This document shows positions 36,282 through 49,594 of a stretch of 64,000 bases of DNA, in pieces. The notes under the pieces were generated by a model. It did not search any database, was not told the DNA's origin, and saw only the letters and a program-made list of their open reading frames with translations. Source of the stretch: Octopus sinensis (taxonomy: Eukaryota); assembly GCF_006345805.1 (NCBI RefSeq), contig NC_043001.1, positions 88,226,001 through 88,290,000 of the forward strand. The letters are read 5' to 3'. Positions within the stretch are counted from its first letter, which is position 1. Each line of letters opens with the position of its first letter. The position numbers and the translations under genes were made by a program.

Positions 36282-36460
36282 TGTGTGTGTGTGTGTGTGT
36301 GTGTGTATACATACACATACACACACATGCATATATATAAGAGAGAAAGAGAAAGAGAGAGGAGAGAGAGAAATAGATTGTAAAATTAATGGTTAGCTCA
36401 GTAGATAGAAAGAGATAGGCAAACAAGCAGACAAAATAGTAGTTACATAGATTAGATAGA

Positions 36461-36517
<57 letters not shown>

Positions 36518-37441
36518 AGATAGATAGATAGATAGATCAACAGAGAGAGAGAGGGGGATGACTAGAGAGAGAGAGGGAAGAGAGAGAGAGAGAGGAGAGA
36601 GAGGAGAGAGGAAGACTGGAGGCTAACTCTCTTATGCTACTTGAATGTGGTCCCTTATTCTAGGAGATATGCGATTAAAATGATATTGTTGCATGAGACA
36701 TCAGCACAGCTTTAGAACTTAGCCTAATATAAAAACTTCCTGGTTGGCTTATCTACTTACTATCATTTAGTCACCCTTTGGTCAGGAAATTTCCTGTTTG
36801 ACTGACACTCTATTAAATCTATTTATTTCATGTTTGGCAATATCTCCCCCAGTCTTCACGTGTACATCAATGTATACAAGCAAACTCCTAAAAAACATGA
36901 TCATCAGCATACATTCCTGTTTGACCCACAATGAACAGGTAGTGCAATACCAATAATTTCAGTGGCCATGGGCCAAAGACACTTTTTGTACTCCTATCTT
37001 AATTTATACATATAATTTTGCAGGTGTCTGTGTGAGACTGTATGGTGGTAAGACATTTGCTACCCAACCATATAGATTCAAGTTCAGTGCTATTGGCATA
37101 AACCTTGGGCAAGTGTCTTCTACTCTAGTCCTGGCAAAGCAAAGCAAAGTCATATGAGTGATTTGACTTTGCTAGACAATTCTGAAAAACATATATATTC
37201 ATAATACATATACATATTTACATATATATATATATTTATACACACATGCACACACACACACATATGTGTGTGTGTATATATATATATATAAGTAGTTGAA
37301 TGAATTATCTTAGTATGGATAATTCGGTTAATCGATACCTGGGTAGCAAATTCACGTCAGAAAAACATGGTGAAGCTACATGCCAAGGGCAGAGATCACG
37401 TGCTTTCACGTGGAAATTTGTGTGTTTTTTTTTAATACAAA

Positions 37442-37591
37442 TAAATGAAAGAATGGAGTTGATGACGATTTAACAAAAGGAATTTGTTAAATCTTATTCC
37501 TTCGAAATTAGGATATGTGCAGCCTTCGAAACATATGTCGAAAATAAAGGAATTTTGTTAAATCGTCCGTTCAACTCCATTCTTTCATTTA
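37442..37591. repeat. Short inverted repeat (~38-bp arms) adjoining (TA)n, spacer with partial hammerhead motif
   Basis: taaatgaaagaatggagttga / tcaactccattctttcattta; GAAAC-ATAT-GTC in the spacer but no CTGANGA. Confidence 0.75.
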
Positions 37592-37595
37592 ATAT

Positions 37596-37666
<71 letters not shown>

Positions 37667-38409
37667 ATATATATATAATATATAAGATTATATATATAGA
37701 TATATATATATATATCAATATATATATACACATATATATATAAGGTGTTACTCAGGCACTCAACATGAGTCCACGCATCTTGAAGTGGAAACAGCTGTCT
37801 GTAAGCCAATGAAGTTCATAAATAATTTTTTATTCTTTTGTCATCTCTTTTTCTTACACACACACACATACATATCACCATCATTATCGTCTTTTGATGT
37901 CTGCCCGCCATGCTGGCATACATGGGATGTTAATGAGATAAGTTGACAGAAGATAGCAGGCAGAAGACTATATGAGGCTTCACTGTCAGCACCAGAGAGG
38001 TTTGTTTTGGCTGTTCTTGCATGTGTTCCATATGCTAATAAGAATTACAGAGTTATACATGTTAGATAAACATGTAAAATAATTCCCTATTAGAAATTCT
38101 TCAGACAGAAAAAAACATAATACAAATTTCATATTGGATGAAGTGTTAATATCTAAATAGTAATCAGGAGCAGCACAGACAGCCCCAGTGAAAGAAGAAA
38201 AAGGAAGCGACACACAAACACACACACACAACACACACACTTCACGCACAGAATATACCTTTATATAGGTACATATATGCAAACAACCTCATGCACACAT
38301 ACATATATATGTACACACAACAATATATATACATATAAACACATATACATATGCATATATACACATATTCATATACATATATACACACCACACTATACAT
38401 CATCATCAT

Positions 38410-39165
38410 CATCATTATCATCATTTAACATCCATTGTCCATGCTGGCATGGTTTGGACGGTTTGACTGGGCTGGTATGTTTGGAAGGCTGCACCAGACT
38501 CCAGTCATTTGGTGTGGTTTCTATGGCTGGATGCCCTTCCTAACACTAACCACTCCAAGAGTGTAATGAGTGCTTTTACATGCCTCTAGCATGAGTGCCA
38601 TTGTGTGACACCAGAGTACATTTACATAGCACCGGCATGGGTGCCAATTTGCATGACAACTTGTATCTGTCACAACTGCAATTTTGCTCAGCTTGATGAG
38701 TCTTCTTCTCAATGCATGACAAAATGCCAAAGGTCTTTGCCATTGCGCTGTGAGGCCCAACACTTAAAGGGAACTCAGTTACTTTGCCTCCATGACGCCC
38801 AACACTGGAAAGAAACTCAGCCACCTTTGCCTCCACCAGGCTCAACACTCAAGAGGAACTCAGCCACTTTGGCCTCTGTGAGCCCCTACATTTAAAAAAT
38901 GTTCTTTATGTGCCATCAGCATGGGTGCAGCTGCTTGACAGGTCCTCTCAAGCACAGCACATCCCAAAAGGTCTCAATCACCAGTCATTGCCTCTGTGAG
39001 ACTCAAAGTTTGAAGATCATGCTCACCACCGTGTCCCATGTTTCCTGGGTCTACATCTACACAAGGTTCCCTCTACAGTTAGAGATCAGTACTTCTTCAC
39101 GCAACCGTCTTTGTCCATACACATCACCTGACCATTCCGCAGTCATCTCTTTCACTTTGCAAGTT
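38410..39165 (-). mobile_element. 5'-truncated RTE LINE (C-terminus and 3' UTR with 3 x ~42-bp repeats)
   Basis: Shared terminal motif ggctggatgcccttcctaac; ORF-end similarity at 38960-39160; repeats at 38755-38885. Confidence 0.85.
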
Positions 39166-40442
39166 AAGTTTGACATTTTAGCGTTTCTCTATTTTCATTG
39201 TGTTTTCGAAATTTAATACTTTGTTGTTATTATTGTTGTAATATATTATTTATTTATAGTTTCTTGATAGATTTTTTACGTTCAATATTGGATATGTTAT
39301 CCTTTAATTATTATAAAGGATTTTAATGTTTTACATCTTATTTAATTTGAGAATTAATATTGTTTGACTATTATTTCTTTTAAATATTAGATAATATTTC
39401 ATTAAGTAGTATTATTATTTTTAAATAACTAGTTTTATTTTAATATAAAGGTTATGTTTAATTTTTATCGTGTGATATATTTTAAATACTATAGATATTA
39501 TACATGATCTTAAAATAAATAGTTAATATTAATGGATTGAGTATATTTGTACTATTTCTAATTTTTTTTTATGCATTATTAATGAACGAGGAATTGTATT
39601 ATTATTGAGTATATTAATTAGATGCTTAAAACTATTAATAAATTTAAAATACAGATAGATTAACTTAATTGATTGAACTTAGTAATTAACATATTATTCT
39701 CACTATTATATCTTTTTATACATATTGATAGATATAAGTTACGATAGATATTAATTCTTATATCTCTTTTTTTTTTAATATATATATATATATTATATAT
39801 AAAGGGATGTAACGAATTACATTTAATTTAATTAAGAATTAATTTCGTCAGACAATATAGTATTTAATTATTAGGTGGCTTATTTATTTGTAGTATTAAA
39901 TTTCAAGTTATTAGGTATTATATTATTTGATATTTAGTCAACTTTGTTATAGATTGTTATATTAAATCTATAGATACTACACATGTATATTTATTATATG
40001 GTTAGCTTATTTAAGGAGTTTGTCTATATTTGACCATTTCTTATTTTGATTACAATTTAATGACTTGCACTAGCTTGTGTATTTTATTTAATTTTAAGTA
40101 TTTAATAATTTAAGTATTGTTTTAGTTTTCACTTATGTATATTTAGTATTTTCGTATATATATATATATTGAAGTATATTTATTAATTAATTATTTTTTG
40201 TTCTAGTTTATTTTTAACCTGATGAGTGACTATATTATATCTAAGTGATTTCTTAATATAGCCACGAAACACGTGTCATTTTTCTACAAATTATATACAT
40301 GTTTTTATTATTATGTTTTTGCAATTTACTTAATCATTGACATTTTATTTTATTTTAATTTTAATATTTTCTATTATATGTATTTTCTAGATGGTGTAAT
40401 TTAATTGTTCATTTTGAATTGATAAAAGGTGTTTTTTTCTAC

Positions 40443-40445
<3 letters not shown>
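39165..40445 (+). mobile_element. Extremely AT/T-rich ~1.3-kb segment with a hammerhead motif near its 3' end, followed by (TA)n; putative non-autonomous Penelope-like element or retrozyme
   Basis: Sharp compositional boundaries; hammerhead at 40216-40280; no recognisable ORF. Confidence 0.45.
40216..40280 (+). ncRNA. Type I hammerhead motif with stem I disrupted by one probable CpG change
   Basis: AAC-CTGATGA-GTGACTATATTA...TAATATAGCCAC-GAAAC-ACGT-GTC-ATT; stem II 11 of 12 pairs; palindromic stem III ACACGTGT; GUC triplet. Confidence 0.65.
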
Positions 40446-40481
<36 letters not shown>

Positions 40482-40526
40482 TATCTATATATTCATACAT
40501 ATATATTTATACATACACACATCATA

Positions 40527-40678
40527 TATAATTATAATAGAGTGTACACGAAGTACCAGCTTGCTATATATGAGAGTTAAAAACCTCAAATAAGCCACTA
40601 ATCACACTGAAAAACATAATGGTGGCTTGTAACTCATATAGCAAGCTGGTGCTTTGTCTACCCTCTATTATAATTATA
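40527..40678. repeat. Imperfect ~150-bp hairpin
   Basis: taattataatagag...accagcttgctatat / atatagcaagctggt...ctctattataatta. Confidence 0.8.
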
Positions 40679-40782
40679 ATTTTTATTGTATAGAAATTTA
40701 ATGCTATTATTGCTTGCTGGCCACTAATATAAAATAATAATTGTTGTTATTATCAATTCTTTTATTTACTGCTGATGACGAC

Positions 40783-40831
<49 letters not shown>

Positions 40832-41035
40832 TAATAATAATAATAATAATATGAATATTCATTTGAATACTTACTCATTTTTATACATACATATATCACA
40901 CAAATACACACACACAGACGCACATGCATGCACACACACAGACACAAAGACAAAAATTAGTTACATTTTGATGTGGAGAATTTCTAATAGAAAATTTCTT
41001 ACATAGCTATCTAACATGTAGAACTTTGTAATTCC

Positions 41036-41368
41036 TGGAGTAAAGGTTGTTTGCCAGCGTAACATGGTAGTCCTGGTTTAGGATGAATGTTGCTGTAATT
41101 TAGGTCCAGGAGACATTGTCTCCAGCTGGTTATACTACACGATCTTTGTCCTTACATTTTTCGAACAAGGGAATCTAGCACCCCAACTCAGCTCAAAACA
41201 ATATCTGTGACTTCCAGGTTATTTCTCTTCATCAGCACATCGAAAATTGTAAGGACACAGATTGTGTTGTATAGCCAGTTGGAGATGATGTTTCATGGGG
41301 CAAAATTGCAATAACTTTTGTCCTAAACCAGGACTGCTATGTTACATTGGCAAACAACCTTTACTCCA
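41036..41368. repeat. Diverged inverted repeat (~130-bp arms) with hammerhead remnant on the minus strand (41150-41238)
   Basis: ggagtaaaggttgtttgcca / tggcaaacaacctttactcc; minus strand CTGATGAAG...TTCGAAAAAATGTAAGG. Confidence 0.75.
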
Positions 41369-41652
41369 ATACTGCTGATTATCTCCCATTGTGAGATTTA
41401 AAAATAGCAATTTTCTAATTTGTAATTCCTGTTAGCAAATGGAACATGTGTAATGGTGAGTAACACCAAAAATGTTTCAATAACTTGTTTTGTTATACAA
41501 TAACTCTGCAAATGGTATTTCCATAATTCTCAATTTTAATATGAATTTTGAACTAACATACAGCAGTAATTGGGACTACATATTGGATGAAGCAGATGTG
41601 CATCAAGAGGAAACATCTGGGAATTACCCTAACTACCTACATTTTATATACA

Positions 41653-41689
<37 letters not shown>

Positions 41690-41784
41690 GTGTGTGTGTG
41701 TGAGTGTTACTGACACCTTGCCTTGACTTCATGTGATGGTTGTAATTGTGTGTCACTGTTGGCAAGAAGTGTCCTTCATTTAGG

Positions 41785-42015
41785 CGGTGAGCTGGCAGAA
41801 ATGTTAGCACACTGGGCAAAATGCTTAGTGGTATTTCGTCTGCTGTTACGTTCTGAGTTCAAATTCTGCCAAGGTCCACTTTACCGTTCACCCTTTGGGG
41901 CCGATAAATTAAGTACCAGTTACGCACTGGGCTCAATGTAATTGACTTAATCCCATTGTCCATCTTTGTTTGTCCCCTCTATGTTTAGCCCTTATGGGCA
42001 ATAAAGAAGTAAGAA
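41785..42015 (+). mobile_element. SINE family A, long-tail subtype
   Basis: Same tail (gtttgtcccctctatgtttagccc...caataaagaa) as 63135-63366. Confidence 0.85.
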
Positions 42016-42359
42016 GTGTCCTTCATTTCCAATCTTCCATGGAAACAGGTAAGGGTTGGCAACAGGAAGGGCAACCAGCTGTAGAAATTCTACCTCAACA
42101 AAATTTAGTCTTACCCTCGTAAGAATGGAAAGTGAACACTGAAACAATGATGATGATCAAAAAGAAACAGTCTGGTACCTTACCTTCTCTTATTATAAAC
42201 AACATGCAGCTAAAACCTTTGAAGTTGCTCAAATGGTCTCTTATACAGAATTCACGAGTAAAGGATTGCCAGAACTGCAGTATAAAGACTAAGGTTTCTG
42301 ATCAGTTATTGATTTTCCAATAACTGAATTATAGCCCCCATCGGAACACTGCTCATATT

Positions 42360-42705
42360 TCTTTTCTTTTTTTATTCTTTTTACTTGTTTCAGTCATTTT
42401 GACTGCAGCCATGCTGGAGCACCGCCTTTAATCAAGCAATTCGACCCCGGGACTTATTCTTTGTAAGCCCAGTACTTATTCTATTGGTCTCCCTTGCCGA
42501 ACCGCCAAATGACGGGGACATAAACACACCAGCATCGGTTGTCAAGCAATGCTAGGGGGACAAACACATACACACACATACATATATATACATATATACA
42601 ACAAGCTTCTTTCAGTTTCCGTCTACCGAATCCACTCACAAGGCTTTGGTCAGCTCGAGGCTATAGTAGAAGACACTTGCCCAAGGTGCTACGCAGTGCA
42701 CACAG
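42360..42705 (-). mobile_element. SINE family B
   Basis: Reverse complement of 1250-1620. Confidence 0.88.
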
Positions 42706-43174
42706 AAACATCTAAAGCCACATCCCAAAATAAAGGCCATTCAACACATTGACAGTGAATCAGTCACCAACATACCTTGATCTTTGGCTCACACTGCTTG
42801 ACTCCTCTCTCTCTCACTCCCTCCCCTCTCTGCTACAACTACAATCTTTCTCTGAATTAGCCACTGTTCATTTTCTGCAATTCTTAGTGTCCCATCTCCT
42901 AGGCACTGAAAACTTCAGTCAGTCATTTCATCTTCAGAACTGCAGTCTTTTGAATTTTCTTTCCTGCCTATGTTGTACCTGTGTATGGTAAAGCTGAACA
43001 TAAACTATATCAGTCTCACCTGATTAAGATGGACTGCAAAGTTTATGATGAGTGCTGCCCTTATCTTCTGATAAGCATTTTAATACATGAAAAGGCAGAC
43101 GGACAGAAAGAGATATTGATCAATTGATAGATAGATAAATTGACAGACAGACAAATAGATAAATAGATAGATAA

Positions 43175-43211
<37 letters not shown>

Positions 43212-43333
43212 TAGATAAATAGATAGATAGGTACATGGATTCATAAATAAATAGAAAGACAAATAGATTGATGGATAGATACATAGATAAAAATATAGAA
43301 AAAAAAAGAAAGAAAGAAAGGAAGAAGGGAAAA

Positions 43334-43381
<48 letters not shown>

Positions 43382-44691
43382 GAGAAAGAAAGAAAGAAAG
43401 ACAGACTGATAGAAACAAGGAATAAAATAAAGTTAGATAGATATTCAGTCAACCTTCAGCTGGATCTACAACTCCAGCTTCTTCAAGTTAAGGCTGCTTG
43501 AATCTGAGATGAGCTGTGGTAGATAGGTCTGACATTAGATTATTAAAGGTTGCCTGAACATGAAGACCATAATCTTAGAATATTAGCAGAGTAGCATGTG
43601 ATGCTGACTGAAAGTGAGATAAAGTAAAGAAAGAGGTGGGTTGAGTGAGCTAGGTCAGGTCTTAGAATGTAAAGAATATTAAGAATATTGATAGAGGGCA
43701 AATGGTGGGTTGGGGAAAATTCAGAGAGAAGTCAGAGAAAAAGTGACAAATTCTGATATTGGGAACAATATTGGAATAATACATAATCACAACACACTTT
43801 ACTAAGTTACCACTCCTTTGTCGTTCAGTACAATAGACATTCTTTTGTAGCTTATATCTTCAGTTAATAACTTTAGCTGTTGTTGTAGATAGGACATTCT
43901 GGTTCTTATTGGCATCTGTAATAAAATTCTTTTCAGTTTTGGCACCAGGCCAACAATTTTGTGAGAAGGACTTCATTGATACAATATTACACAGTACTGG
44001 TTATTTATTTTATAGACCCTGAAGAGATAGAAGGCAAAGTTGACATCAGCAAAATGTGAATGCAGAACTCAGAGTCACAGGTATGGCAGTGTAGTTATGA
44101 AGTTTACATTGCAAGAACATGGTTTTGGGTTCTGTCACACTGTGCAACACCTTGGGCAAGTGTCTTCTACTATATCCCCAGGCCTCTATCTGTCATTAAT
44201 GCAGTGTGTCCTCCTTCTCCACATCACTGATGGGTTCAAGGGAACAGCATGGCCATTACAATTTAGCACCAGTGTCATTACAGAAGTTGCCAGAAGACAA
44301 CCTCGAACAGCTTCAGGTACTCCAACTCCTAACTGTTTCTCAGGGTTCACTCCCAAAACCTTTCCCAGGACTGGATATGCTTGCAATGCAGCAGAAATTT
44401 GGAATCAGGCTTCCTCTTCCCCTAGATTGGTTCCCTGACCACCATTACCACACCTGCCTAACTGAACTGACTTGTAAATTAACCCACAGCTGAGACCCTG
44501 ACAAGTGCTTTTACTCTGGGTAAGAATGAACTTGGGAACAATAGTGGCTAAGAAGTGGTTCCACAATCCTCAAAACTCTTGAACTCCTGAACCATGAGCC
44601 CACTGCTAAATACACTTCTAAGTCATATAAATTCTGGGATTTGAGCTCAGAGTGACCAATGAATTTGGTAGACAGAAACTGTTGGGAAGAT

Positions 44692-44737
<46 letters not shown>

Positions 44738-45329
44738 ATGCATGTTTGTCTCCTCTTCCCACCACTGACAACTAGTATTGGTTTGTTTTATGTCACTGCA
44801 GCTTAGTGGATCGGCAAAAGATAAAAATAAGCACCAGACTTAAAAATAAGTACTGGGGTAGAGTTGTTTGACTAAACAGTTCAAAGCAGTACTCCGGTAT
44901 GGCTACAGTCCAATGACTGGAATAAAAAAAATAATAAAATGTAAAATATGAAGCATAAAAGTCGAAAGCAACATTTGCAAAGTATTTTTTTTTTCCATTG
45001 CTCTAACATTTCCATTTACCAACAGCTACAACAATAAAAATGTAATAAAAACCGTAACAAGAACAGAAATAAAAACAACACAGTGATTTTCTGCTATATG
45101 TATACACACACACTGACGTGCATACAAATGAACATATACATAAAACACTCATATGCACATGTGTGCAAACATAGACAGACACACTCATACAGAAGTTCCA
45201 ATATATGCATAAATCAGTTTATTAGAAGAAAAATGTGTATATATGTATTCATACCAGCGAGCACATGTGTATGTGTGTGTGTGTGTGTACATACATACAT
45301 ATATCCATACATATATGTATGTGTGTATG

Positions 45330-45363
<34 letters not shown>

Positions 45364-46079
45364 TGTATGTATGTATGTATGTATGTATGTATGTATGTAT
45401 AGCATGATCTGAAAGCATCAGAAAAGCAACAGACAATATTTAGTTAACACAATTCAATCTTGATGAGCCATCATCTTAGATAGCTATATATTTATATCAA
45501 TATATATCTATCAATCAAACTTTCCTCCCACCCCTCTCTCTGAGGTATGTATGTATGTATGTATGTATGTATGTATGTATGTATGTATATGTGCAGATTT
45601 GTATGTTTTGCTTTATGTATGTATTTTCATGCATATAGTTGCATATCTAGACATGCTCATATATTTTCAAATGATAAACTTCTGGAAAGTGTTGTCTTCG
45701 ACTTCACTTTCTCCTTTCTGGTTTTGAGACGTCTAATTTCTCAAGATTGGTATTTAGGCAGCATGTTACATATCCCAGTGCCCTAATAATTACAGGTATA
45801 AACCTGAACTCTTAATCTAGATAGAGTAACTGCAGATTTCTCAATAATTCGGCGCAGGTGTTCTCTTTTTCATTGAGCTTCAGTTTTATGTTAACATCCG
45901 CTGGGCATCTAGTTTCCACAACTGCACACGGTTTCTCTTCTCAATCCGAAATCATTATATCAGGTCTGTTGTGCTTATATTTTATTGAGGTCTTCACTGG
46001 AGCATTCCACCAGTACTCCTTTTTTCTATGAGTGGCTAAGGTTTCCACCATACTGTGGGTTCATGTATATATATATATA

Positions 46080-46290
46080 ACGGGAAGGTTTATGAAAATA
46101 AACAAAAGACAAAGGCAGGTGGAGTACAAACAAACAAATGTATTAGTATGGTGCTGAGAAATAGACATAGAACAAGTCTTTTACGTTTCGAGCCTACGCT
46201 CTTCGACAGAAAGATACACAGAAAAGAAACAAGGAGAGAAAAAAAGCATGTAGGAGCTAATGGTCTATCATGGCGTTCTGATATATATAT
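46080..46290 (-). mobile_element. (TA)n-flanked short element carrying a variant-core hammerhead
   Basis: Flanked by (TA)n on both sides; homologous to 1-130. Confidence 0.65.
46177..46214 (-). ncRNA. Minimal type I hammerhead motif with CUGUCGA core
   Basis: TCTTT-CTGTCGA-A-GAGC-GTAG-GCTC-GAAAC-GTA-AAAGA; stems I and II perfect. Confidence 0.65.
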
Positions 46291-47716
46291 ATATATATAT
46301 ATAGGTTAGATTTTGTCAAGGATGTAGTAGAGTACAGATAAAGCTCATCCACTTTCAGATTTCACCCAGTGCTATCGAACTGTAGTATTATACCTACTAC
46401 CAGATTTACATTGGGGCTTCTGTAGTGTGTAAATGCATAATTGAATAAGTTGAAATCAACAAGGAGTACAGAGGAACATTTATTTGTGATCACTGCAACT
46501 GTTTCCAACATAGTTCTCCAAGTCTGCAGGTATTTAGTTATGTAACCATTTCCTTGCATTATAAGATCTTGTGCTTCATCAGGTGATATATCAAGATTGT
46601 TTCTGCATCCTGTAAACTCAAATTTTCGGCTTTGACCACATCCTTTCTCTCTGTTGTGGCTATATGTTATAGTAGTAACTACTAAGTATATCAAAATGTG
46701 TGTTGAAAGTTTGTTGATGAATCTGTTTTAAATGTGTAGATGGAGTGGGAGGATGGCTATGCTAAGGATGGTAAGTATTGAGGTTCATATTAAAGGGAGT
46801 GTCAGTCTATTACTTTGTACTGCTAATTCATTCTTTATGGTCGGTTACCCTTGCAATTACCACTGGCTGACCTTCAAGAATTCACTAGTCAATTGTTTGA
46901 CAAATTTACATGTACTTATAAATCGTTCTATATAGATCTGCATATATAATCTACATATATACACACTCAGATATACATATACATGTTCTCATCTATACAT
47001 ATACACATATGTACCTAACTTTACATACATATGCTCATGTATGCTTACATATACAAATTCATACACACACATACATCCATATGTGTACTCATGCTCGTAC
47101 ACACACACACACAAATATATGCATATACATATGCATATACATACATGTATACACATATATGCATAGATAGACAGATAGATAGATAGATAGATACATACAT
47201 ACATACATACATACATATACATATACATACACACACACACGTGTAAATATATCTATACACACTCACACACACGTGCGTGTGTGTGTGATCATTGTTTTAA
47301 AATCAATTTCCAATGCTTATGTAGGTTAGATGGAATTTGGTGAGGCAGATTTTGTACAGCAGGATGCTGTTCCTGTTGCCGACCCTCACTCACTTCCAAA
47401 GGAAATGAACAACATCATTTGTATGACAGTAATGTTTCTTTACAATCATCACATGATGTCAAGACAAGGGTGAACACATGAGACAAGGGTACATGCACAC
47501 ACACACACACACGATGAGGTTCTTTCAGTTTTCATCAACCAAATCCACTCGTAAGGTTTTGGTCAGCCTGGGACCATAGTACAAGACACTCACTCACAAC
47601 ACTACACAGTGGGACTGTACCCACGACTACACATTTTGGAAGTAAGCTTTTTAACCATACAGCCATGCCTGTGCCTATGCTGGAAATTAATATTTTTATA
47701 AGCAACAACAACAGCA

Positions 47717-47749
<33 letters not shown>

Positions 47750-48299
47750 GCAGCAGCAGGGCACTCTCTTTCTCTTTTTTTATCGTCTTTCCAAAGCTTT
47801 TGCTGTAGTTTTCATAATGTTGCTATGTATGACTTGTGTTTTAATGATATTGATGTAGCGATTATCCTGTATCTGATCTTTCTCTTTATTTAGTTTAATT
47901 TAAGTTTTATTTTCAAGAGAAATCAACTCTGTTGACATTTGAAATTCTATTATTCAGTCTAGAGAATATTTAACAACATATAAAAAAAAAAAAAATTTCT
48001 AACTGAAGTGTAAATTTAAGATTGTGAAGTAAAAACCAAATTGGAAAGGATGAAGTGGTTTTTTTTCATATAAAAAGTCAATAAAGGAAGTATAGACTAA
48101 AAAGAAAATCTTGCTAGGTGAAACCATGCAAACAACGTTCTGTGTAAACTGTACACACATATATCTGTACATACATATATATATGTGTGTATGTATGCAC
48201 GTATGTATATATGCATGCATAGATATAGATATATATATGTACATATATATATATCTATATAATCTTTACTCTACTCCTAAGCAAATTTGAGGCATCAAA

Positions 48300-48760
48300 C
48301 AGAGGTTGCTGGTTCACAATTTCCCTGCTACTCCTATACAAGTTGATGGGAAAAAACTTAATGTATGTGAGGTCATTTACATTTCTTGATAGCAAAGTGA
48401 ACTTGAGCATTTCCCTTAATGATGAAATTATCAACCATCTTGTGGAAGCAACCATCACATTTGGCAAACTCCATCATCACCTATGAAAGGGGTATTAAAC
48501 TTAACACCAAAGTACGGGTCTATAAAGCTGTCATTCTTGTTACTTTCTTGTATGGTTCAGAATTGTGTACACCCTGTAGGTGGCACATTAACCAACTAGA
48601 CATCTTCCACAAAAACTGTCTCAGAACAATCTGTAGTTATACATTAAAAGACAGAGTGTTTAATGTCAGCCTGTTTAGCAAGTATAAGATTGGTGGAATT
48701 AAGTGCTTCCTTAAGCAACTGCAATTGTGCTGGGCTGGCACAATGTGGTCCTTTTCAAGA
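48300..48760 (+). mobile_element. Decayed RTE (BovB-like) C-terminal fragment
   Basis: GIKLNTKVRVYKAVILVTFLYGSE...QLQLCWAG. Confidence 0.85.
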
Positions 48761-48779
48761 TAATCAATAAATACAATGT

Positions 48780-49556
48780 CTTTTGAATTCCCGAAAACTG
48801 AGGCCATCACCACCCCTGTAGATGAAACAACCTTGGACTTCTCTGGAGCAAGTGAGTAGGTGTGTTTCTACTGTGTTGATTGTCTCTTACTCGAAGTGAT
48901 GAACCCCACATTCATCCTGGATTAGGAAATGTTCAAAGAAACCAGCTAGAACTGCCTGAAACAATGTCTGATATGATCAGCATAGTATGCTTTTGATCAG
49001 GTATCACAAGACCTGGCACCCACCAAACAGAAACCTTCTTCATGCCAAGTTCATTATGCAGGATGTTCTTAACTTTCTCACAAGATATGCTTATAACATT
49101 GGCTATTTGGTTTATAGTCAATTACTTGTTGTCCAATTACCACATGATGAACATAATCAATGGTTACCTCAGTGGTGGCAATTACAGGATGTCCAAACCA
49201 TGGGTTATCTTTAAGACTCTCCCCTCCCTTCCTAAATTCAACTGCTCACTTATGTGCTGTTAATAAAGCTGGAGCATCATCCCTTGATGTAACAACCATG
49301 TCGGCATGAATGTCATTGGGGGATAAACCCTTTTTCTGGAGGTACTTGATAACATAACGATGCCAAATTTTGTTCATTTTCAAGAGAAGTGGCTACTAGT
49401 TACGATTGAAGTCTTCTTTGAAAAATGAGATATCAGTTTACCTGGAAAAAAACAGTGTAGTATTTAAAAAGACAAGTTGAAGTTCATGCAAACAAGATTT
49501 CACAGCTCTAGCATCATTCCTTCATAGTCAGCCTATGAAATTTTCAACCTACCATT
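48780..49556 (-). mobile_element. Decayed mariner transposon, 5' half
   Basis: TINQIANVISISCEKVKNILHNELGMKKVSVWWVP (WVP motif); TIR-like end aattttcaacctacca before (TA)n. Confidence 0.85.

Positions 49557-49594
<38 letters not shown>

Noticed and set aside
39165-40445. Nuclear mitochondrial insertion (NUMT)
   Set aside because: Composition is suggestive, but I recognised no mitochondrial protein, rRNA or tRNA motif, and a hammerhead is present; BLAST is needed to exclude it fully
42205-42290. Candidate exon (KTFEVAQMVSYTEF...* on +, or FWQSFTREFC... on -)
   Set aside because: Equally plausible on both strands; indistinguishable from chance
46362-46694. 110-aa minus-strand ORF and nearby splice-like signals
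   Set aside because: No recognisable homology; plausible splice sites exist on both strands, so it cannot be supported
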